Of a stretch of 64,000 nucleotides of DNA, positions 57,932 to 64,000 are shown in pieces; position 1 is the first letter of the stretch; every line of letters begins with the position of its first letter. The notes under the pieces are model-generated. The model was not told the DNA's origin and made no database searches. It saw only the letters and a list, made by a program, of their open reading frames with translations. The stretch is from Candidatus Limnocylindrales bacterium (GTDB lineage Bacteria > Moduliflexota > Moduliflexia > Moduliflexales > JAUQPW01), in contig DATMBG010000040.1 in the NCBI GenBank assembly GCA_035559535.1, positions 62,001 to 126,000 on the forward strand. The letters are read 5' to 3'. Made by a program: the position numbers and the translations under genes.

Positions 57932-60871
57932 CTACTCCGGTTTTTCTATCTGGATACCGATAGGATAAACCTTTCTGGCCAGTAAGAATCCGGGATTCTT
58001 CCTGTGATAGACAAATGAAATGTTATCTATCCAGATATCGATTTTACCATAATAGCGGATCCGAAATTTAAAAGTATCCGCTTCGGCCAGGTGAAAATTT
58101 AAATTAAAATTCTGGTACATATCCGGTTCCTGAAAGGCCGTTCCTGTAACCTCCAACTGTCCTTGATCCTCCTGGTGATTGGCAATCACTTCCCAGGTGA
58201 AAATTTTATCGGCGAGTTGATTACTCTCTGCCTTTACCCGGAGACTCAACGTGTAATCTCCTGGAAGGAACTTTCGGTTGAGGAGAAAAGTCCAGGTTCC
58301 GGAAGACCCCGGCTCGGCTCCTATAAATACCGCCTTTCCTCCAGAGGCTTCTGGATCCTCCTGAATCTTACCGAGATTACCCTTTACCGACTCTGCTTCC
58401 ACAGAGAAGGTCTCCCGGTTATCCTCTTCATCTCCGGGTTGAGCAGCCTGTAGAATAAGTGTATAAACTCCTGGATGATTCGGCGCAGGAAGGGGAATCG
58501 AGATCGATTTTTCTTCTCCACCATCCAGTCGGACCGTCACCTGCTGGCCGTTTATAGAGGAAGTTTCGTCAGGCAAAGATGAAGTTTCTCTGGGAACTGC
58601 TTCAGCCTGGATATTTAACGTATGGGATTGAAAACTATCTTGATTTTTCAAAACTACCAGGGCAGTTCGATTTTCCTTTACTTGAATGGGAAGGGGGGTT
58701 TTCATGTTCAGGGTTATGAGTTCCAGCTCATAGGAACGAACTTTAAAAATATCCACTTTGGAATTACTGTAAACCTTCTCAAAGAGTCTAGGAAAGTGAT
58801 AAAACTTTTGAACCCCAAAGGGATAGGAGGATTTTTCCCATTCTCCTACATAAACATAATCGATCTGGTACCTTTTTAAGATTTCTTGAGCTTCAACCAG
58901 GTTGTTGGTTTCAAACAAACGGGAGATATCTTTCTGCCGGTGATCGACTTTAGTCTGGGGGATTTGAAAGATACGGGAGTAGAACCAGTCGGATATGGCC
59001 GTTCTTCGCTGGCCTAACATAGGGACAAGGGTCAGGTAAGTAATCTTATACTCGGGAGGTAGAGATTGGACAACGGCCAACTCCGGAACTTGAGTCCTGA
59101 TCCAGGTCACCGCCTGCATATCCTCTTCTGAGACATAATAGGTAAACTTCGTATTGTAGATATCAGCCAGATGACTCCGATCCATTAAAACGGTTAGAAG
59201 GGCCGGGAGGCTGATAAGGCCAACCCAGAAGTAAAAAGCCGGTCGAGACCATTTCTCATAGAGAAATTCTAAAGAAATAGCCGAGAAAATCAGGAGAGTC
59301 GCTACAAGTACCAGACCCAATTTTAAGCTTACATCGGATAAAAACCCTTTAAGGGCTACCGTAGAGATGACCGTAATGGTTAAAATAAGGAGAAGCAGAA
59401 GAAACAAGAAAGGAAACCCATAGGAAGGCCACAGCGCTGCTGTGCCTGTACCAGAGGAATGGAAAGGTATTGGTACCCCTATTTTTCCATTTTCCCAGTC
59501 CTCCCTCTTTCTGTTCCTTTTCCATACCAGGATAATACCCGGGATTCCAAAGATAAAAGGTGGGCCATAATTCATCAGGAAAACCAGGGGGCCATACTTT
59601 TTCAAGGCTCTTCCTACATGAATTATTAACCCGGTGTTGGGGTCTCGTATAAACATTCCAAGGCTATAGTAAAGGATTATCAGGAGACCCGCTATGCCCA
59701 TGCTCAGGAGGAAGGAAGGCCATTGTTTTTTAAATTTTTTACCTGACAGTAATTGTATTCCAAGGCAGAGTCCGTACCATAGCGTAATAAATAATCCGAT
59801 AAATAAACTGTACCCCGCAGAGACTCCAACCATAAATCCGGTCATCAAAGCCAGGGAAGGACTTTGTAATACCCGACCCAGCGTAAAGATGGTTATCACT
59901 CCGAGAAGAATAGATAAGGATTGGAGGTGTTGAGGGCTATACAGGATGGAGCGAAAAAATCCATCCATTTGAGGCTCTCCCCAAAACCACCGGGTGAGCC
60001 CATCGAGATTGTAAGCCCGGGCCTGCTCTAAAAAGCTTGTAAAGGATCCTCCCAATACCCACCATAGGTAGATCGCTTCGTAACTATAGGCCCCGATCCC
60101 GATTAAGATGGTCAGAAACGGCACGATCTCACGTTTGGTAAAAAGTCGAAGGGTTGAAAGGAGCATGAAGAGGAAGAGGACATCTGACAACAGGGTAGAC
60201 AGTACGGTGAGGGCCTTGATAGAGATCTCCATTCCTGTGAGACGATAAAATGTAGCAGAAGGGATAAAATAAAGCCAATAGTAGTGAAGGGTTTCCCCGG
60301 CAACCCAGGGATTTTGCGGGGGGATTTCTCCTTTAACGAGTTCGGCCGTAATAACCATCTGCTTCACCACATCTCCCAGGAAATACTTTCGATAAGCGTA
60401 TCCGGCAGACGTTTTCTTCCCCAGATTGGCAAAGGGCTCAAAGGCCAGGGCCAGGGTTATCACAACGAGTACCCCATAGGAAATATAAGTCCGACGGTTC
60501 CACCCTTTAAGGGGGAGTTTAGCATGGGTTTGAAGCTCACGACCGGGGGACCACCGTCCCTCATCCCCACCGGTCGGGTTCGACAGGCTCACCCCCGATC
60601 TGTCTCTAAGGAGGTATTTAAAACTGATAACCAGCCAGGCCAGAGCTAAACCGATAAAGATCCAGATCGATAAAGAGGAAAAACCAAACAGGTAGATGAG
60701 AACAACGGCGATACCGGAACTCAGAAAATGGCCCAGAAGGAAACCGTAGGCAATGGCTTCAGGATGTTTTCTTATATTTTTTCCGCAGAGCCATAACCCC
60801 AAGGGAAATCCCGGAAGACAGAACAACAGGAAAAAGCCGAAATAGGATATCAATTTGAGGGTTGTTTCCAT
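57932..60871 (-). CDS. Polytopic membrane protein (GT-C-like / DUF2298-like) with C-terminal beta-sandwich domains
   Basis: PPQNPW.AGETLHYYW, many TM helices, AVTWIR, ILKRYQIDYVYVG.WE, C-terminal EAE..DPEASGG..IWID. Confidence 0.7.
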   Translation of the reverse strand: METTLKLISYFGFFLLFCLPGFPLGLWLCGKNIRKHPEAIAYGFLLGHFLSSGIAVVLIYLFGFSSLSIWIFIGLALAWLVISFKYLLRDRSGVSLSNPTGGDEGRWSPGRELQTHAKLPLKGWNRRTYISYGVLVVITLALAFEPFANLGKKTSAGYAYRKYFLGDVVKQMVITAELVKGEIPPQNPWVAGETLHYYWLYFIPSATFYRLTGMEISIKALTVLSTLLSDVLFLFMLLSTLRLFTKREIVPFLTILIGIGAYSYEAIYLWWVLGGSFTSFLEQARAYNLDGLTRWFWGEPQMDGFFRSILYSPQHLQSLSILLGVITIFTLGRVLQSPSLALMTGFMVGVSAGYSLFIGLFITLWYGLCLGIQLLSGKKFKKQWPSFLLSMGIAGLLIILYYSLGMFIRDPNTGLIIHVGRALKKYGPLVFLMNYGPPFIFGIPGIILVWKRNRKREDWENGKIGVPIPFHSSGTGTAALWPSYGFPFLFLLLLLILTITVISTVALKGFLSDVSLKLGLVLVATLLIFSAISLEFLYEKWSRPAFYFWVGLISLPALLTVLMDRSHLADIYNTKFTYYVSEEDMQAVTWIRTQVPELAVVQSLPPEYKITYLTLVPMLGQRRTAISDWFYSRIFQIPQTKVDHRQKDISRLFETNNLVEAQEILKRYQIDYVYVGEWEKSSYPFGVQKFYHFPRLFEKVYSNSKVDIFKVRSYELELITLNMKTPLPIQVKENRTALVVLKNQDSFQSHTLNIQAEAVPRETSSLPDETSSINGQQVTVRLDGGEEKSISIPLPAPNHPGVYTLILQAAQPGDEEDNRETFSVEAESVKGNLGKIQEDPEASGGKAVFIGAEPGSSGTWTFLLNRKFLPGDYTLSLRVKAESNQLADKIFTWEVIANHQEDQGQLEVTGTAFQEPDMYQNFNLNFHLAEADTFKFRIRYYGKIDIWIDNISFVYHRKNPGFLLARKVYPIGIQIEKPE

Positions 60872-60889
60872 AATCGTCTCAGCGGCTGA

Positions 60890-62254
60890 TCAGGCTTTAA
60901 AGTACTCATCTTTCTCGGCCATGGCATGTCCGTAAGAAAGATGCCTTGCCATATCCATAGACATTTTCATGGAATGATCCGAGTTGTTATACCAAAAAGC
61001 ACCGGTTCTTCCTAAGAGCTTTAGATTTTTGAAAGGCTTGGCAATTCTAGCTGCCTGGGAGAAGTTCTTCCGATAATCGAGGTCATAGATGGGGTAACTA
61101 TCCCGAATCCGCTCGATATGTACACCGAAGATACAGTCTACCCTGGGAATGAGTTTAACCCGAACCAGATCCTTCTGGATCTGGGGAACCAGACTTTCCG
61201 GAGTTTTCCATACTTCATCTCCTTCCAAGCAGGTTACCTCCACACAAAGTCCGGACATTCCTTCTGGAGCCATATAAGGGGCCATTTCCCTGGTAATCGA
61301 GACCCGGCTCATACGGAGATCCGCTCCACCATAATAAATCCACTGGGCTCGTTGGAGAGGGTCTCCCTTCATTTTAAGGTTATAACAGATGGTGGAAAGG
61401 TATCTGATCCTCGGGGCAGGCTGGGCCAGAAGTTGAGCTAAATTCAACAAATTTCCACTCCAGACCACATAATCAGGTCGTAGTCGGGTTCCATCTGTCA
61501 AAAGAACCTCAGAGATCCTATGGTCTTGTATATTCAGTTGGGAAACCGTCGTCTGGAGAAGGATCTTCCCTCCCATTTCACGAAGTCTGGCCTCTAACTT
61601 TTTACAGAAAGTACCAAACCCGCCGTAGCTCGGATAGATAAACTCCGTTTTAACCGGTGCAGGCAATAAAACCGTCTTTACCAGATCCAACAAGGACTCT
61701 GATTTAACCCGCTTGTCGATTATTGCTCGATTGATACCGGTCTTAGCCCAGTCTACATGGACTTGTTCACAAGGAATCTGCAAGAATTTTTCCGTGTAAG
61801 GTTTAAAAAACAAACGATAAAGGGTTTCTCCATAACGGGACCGGGTATATTCAGAAAAGGAATCGTTATTTTGGGCTTCACGTTTTCGAATCAGATCGAT
61901 AAAAGACCGGATCATAATCGAAGGCGGGAGTTTAAATAAAGCTTTGGAATTAAGGGGCCAGTCAAAATATTTACCAAACATATAAACACTACTGGCTCGG
62001 GTTACAATCAGGTGATCCCCCTGCAAGATCTCATGGAGAAAAGCAAGAACTTCTTTATCATCGGTATGAAAACGTTTAGGCCCGATATCAAAGATAAAAT
62101 CATCGTATTGAAAGGACCGTGCAAGTCCTCCCACGGTTTTGTCGCGCTCAATAACGGTAACCTCCCACCCTTCCTTTTTAAGAAGGTATCCTAAAGTCAA
62201 GCCGGCGACTCCTGCGCCCACAATGACAACACTTTTCGAAAAGGATTTATTCAT
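60890..62254 (-). CDS. FAD-dependent oxidoreductase (UDP-galactopyranose mutase / HemY-like, glycan-cluster type)
   Basis: VGAGVAGL, VGGLARS, FDIGP.RF, FIYP..G.G, YPIY, GRTGAF.YNNSDHS. Confidence 0.8.
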   Translation of the reverse strand: MNKSFSKSVVIVGAGVAGLTLGYLLKKEGWEVTVIERDKTVGGLARSFQYDDFIFDIGPKRFHTDDKEVLAFLHEILQGDHLIVTRASSVYMFGKYFDWPLNSKALFKLPPSIMIRSFIDLIRKREAQNNDSFSEYTRSRYGETLYRLFFKPYTEKFLQIPCEQVHVDWAKTGINRAIIDKRVKSESLLDLVKTVLLPAPVKTEFIYPSYGGFGTFCKKLEARLREMGGKILLQTTVSQLNIQDHRISEVLLTDGTRLRPDYVVWSGNLLNLAQLLAQPAPRIRYLSTICYNLKMKGDPLQRAQWIYYGGADLRMSRVSITREMAPYMAPEGMSGLCVEVTCLEGDEVWKTPESLVPQIQKDLVRVKLIPRVDCIFGVHIERIRDSYPIYDLDYRKNFSQAARIAKPFKNLKLLGRTGAFWYNNSDHSMKMSMDMARHLSYGHAMAEKDEYFKA

Positions 62255-62764
62255 AGGGCTTCAAATTCCAGATTTCAGATCAGCTTAAAATGAACCGCTT
62301 ACCTTTCATCTTGACGACTAGCAAGTAGTAAGTAGCAAACAGTCCCCATCCTCCTCCCCTTTCTGGGGGTAGAGTTTTGGGAACTGACTCTTCCGACTCC
62401 CATACGCGCCAGGATAAGAAAGTTAGCCCTGATAGGGCAACCTGGGGATAGCCCCTGACTTACGCCAGGGGAAACAACATCCTATCTATCAAATGGGGAC
62501 GTTTGACCTATTAAGCCCAGGCGGAACGACCTGTTTCACAGGCTGCTGCTACGGAGCTTGAAAAATTCTAAATTATTGAATCCCCCGACTTGTGTCGAGG
62601 GCTACCGACTGTTCGTTCCGGAGGGGCTTTTCAGCTTAACCTGGCGCCTATGCTTCCGACTTCCCTTCCCTGCGAGGGAAGAGGAGAGTTGGGACCCCGG
62701 CAATCCCCGAGTACCCCTTCCCGACGTGGGAAGGGGAAGGTCAGGGAGTTAAGTTAGAAAAAAC

Positions 62765-64000
62765 CTATTCTTGAAAGGGGTTGTGGAGGGGGCTACTCAC
62801 CAACTTATTGACAATAACAGGTTGCCCATACCACAATCCTTTCGTAAACTCAACCCGAATTCGATCGATCCAGATATCCGCTTGGCCATGGGAAAGTACT
62901 CGAAATTCCAGTTTCTCAAGATCTTCTAAGTAACAGAACAATTCAAATTCTTCATAGGCCCCCGGCGTTTTAAAATCCCTCCCTTGGAGATCCCGGATGG
63001 CCAGGGCCTTCCTTCCCATCTCTGAGGTTACGTCGATTCGGGCAATGGGTAAATCTTCCGTATTATCGGAAGTTTTCAATCGAAAAGCAACTTTAAGGTA
63101 TCCTGGTGGATACCTGAGATAAGGGCCGAAAACCGCATAATTCCTATCCCGACCGGTTTTGGAAACCTTCCAGGCAATCCCGTTATAGGCTTCAGGATCC
63201 TTCTGTTCTTCCCCAATCCGATGATCCAGATATTCAGCTTCAAATATATTTTCATAGGATGGTAAAGTAAAGGCCAGGAGGTGATAAGATCCCGGGGTTA
63301 CCTCCCTGGATAGGGTAACCTGACCGATTTCACCGGGTTGAAGAGAAATTGAAGAAGATGCTAAAGCGATTATATCTCCCGAACCTGAAGGATTTTCTAA
63401 ATCTAGAGGGTTCGACACGTTCTCCTCGGATTTTAAAGGAGAGGGATGTAAAACCCAACCAATTTTTACATCTCGCCGATTGGTATACTCATTGTTTCGG
63501 ACAAATAAAGTAACCTTTAAAGGACGGGCAGGCGAAAGAGAAAATCCCCCTTTTTCTATTTCCCCACTCCCCCCTTCTGGGTCTTTTTCCTCAGAGATCC
63601 TGATCTTTTCGATGGAGGGTTCCACCAAAGAGTAAAAGTAAAAATGGGAATCCTTGATGGGATAGACTTTTTCTAAAACGGCCCTTTGCATTTGTGGAAA
63701 GAATTGTCGGTAGTAAAATTTAACCTCCTGGTTATAAGCTCCCATGAAAAGATGGGTTATGGGATAACGATCGAAGGTATTTCGATAGTTAAAAAAGTTT
63801 TCATAAACATGGATAGCCCGATGCCTGTTTTCCAGGCAGATGGTGGGAGCCCCCAGGCCGGCGATAAAGGCATTTTGCAGCCTATTTCCCAGCTCCCGAG
63901 AAATATCCCGAACGGTATATTGAGGATAAGCTGCCCATTCATAATACTGATAACCATTGATAAAAATCGTAGCCATCAGAGGTAACAATAGAAACCCCGT
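62765..64000 (-). CDS. C-terminal part of a membrane protein (probably GT-C-like) with beta-sandwich domain
   Basis: Frame probably continues beyond window; FEAE..DPEAYNG, FGPY..PPG, EFRV..IWID similar to the C-terminus of 57932-60871. Confidence 0.6.
   Translation of the reverse strand, partial: TGFLLLPLMATIFINGYQYYEWAAYPQYTVRDISRELGNRLQNAFIAGLGAPTICLENRHRAIHVYENFFNYRNTFDRYPITHLFMGAYNQEVKFYYRQFFPQMQRAVLEKVYPIKDSHFYFYSLVEPSIEKIRISEEKDPEGGSGEIEKGGFSLSPARPLKVTLFVRNNEYTNRRDVKIGWVLHPSPLKSEENVSNPLDLENPSGSGDIIALASSSISLQPGEIGQVTLSREVTPGSYHLLAFTLPSYENIFEAEYLDHRIGEEQKDPEAYNGIAWKVSKTGRDRNYAVFGPYLRYPPGYLKVAFRLKTSDNTEDLPIARIDVTSEMGRKALAIRDLQGRDFKTPGAYEEFELFCYLEDLEKLEFRVLSHGQADIWIDRIRVEFTKGLWYGQPVIVNKLVSSPLHNPFQE

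Overview
Bacterial chromosomal window of moderate GC, mostly housekeeping and catabolic genes, with GC-rich hairpin repeats in many intergenic regions. (1) 1-8467, minus strand: an operon with the gene order of the Pseudomonas T6SS signal-input module: a PpkA-like vWA sensor (here secreted and kinase-less), TagT/S/R/Q-like genes, a second coiled-coil lipoprotein and an S41/PDZ protease. No T6SS core genes are visible. (2) A PQQ alcohol dehydrogenase with the lanthanide-type D-Y-D motif, plus a cytochrome c. (3) A glcD/garR/TIM-barrel catabolic operon, a lipoprotein truncated haemoglobin, mtaB, degV, DUF4388-type signalling genes, an ABC exporter, two TlpA proteins, glnD, dksA and a CDP-alcohol phosphatidyltransferase. 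(4) A 1506-aa membrane/ectodomain fusion with two Cys/His pilin-like modules. (5) About 41.3-43.6 kb: an integrase-less integron cassette array (CALIN-like) with four co-oriented attC-like sites. Only the MNT-HEPN toxin-antitoxin cassette is clearly intact; the HNH and DUF899 cassettes are pseudogenes and a fourth ORF is probably a remnant. (6) A sugar ABC transporter (ATPase apparently starting at ATT) with a divergent SDR/M20/Gfo-Idh-MocA operon, a Tat serine hydrolase and a membrane glycosylation-type cluster. No rRNA, tRNA, CRISPR array or transposase was recognised. All family calls come from motif recognition by eye, not database searches.
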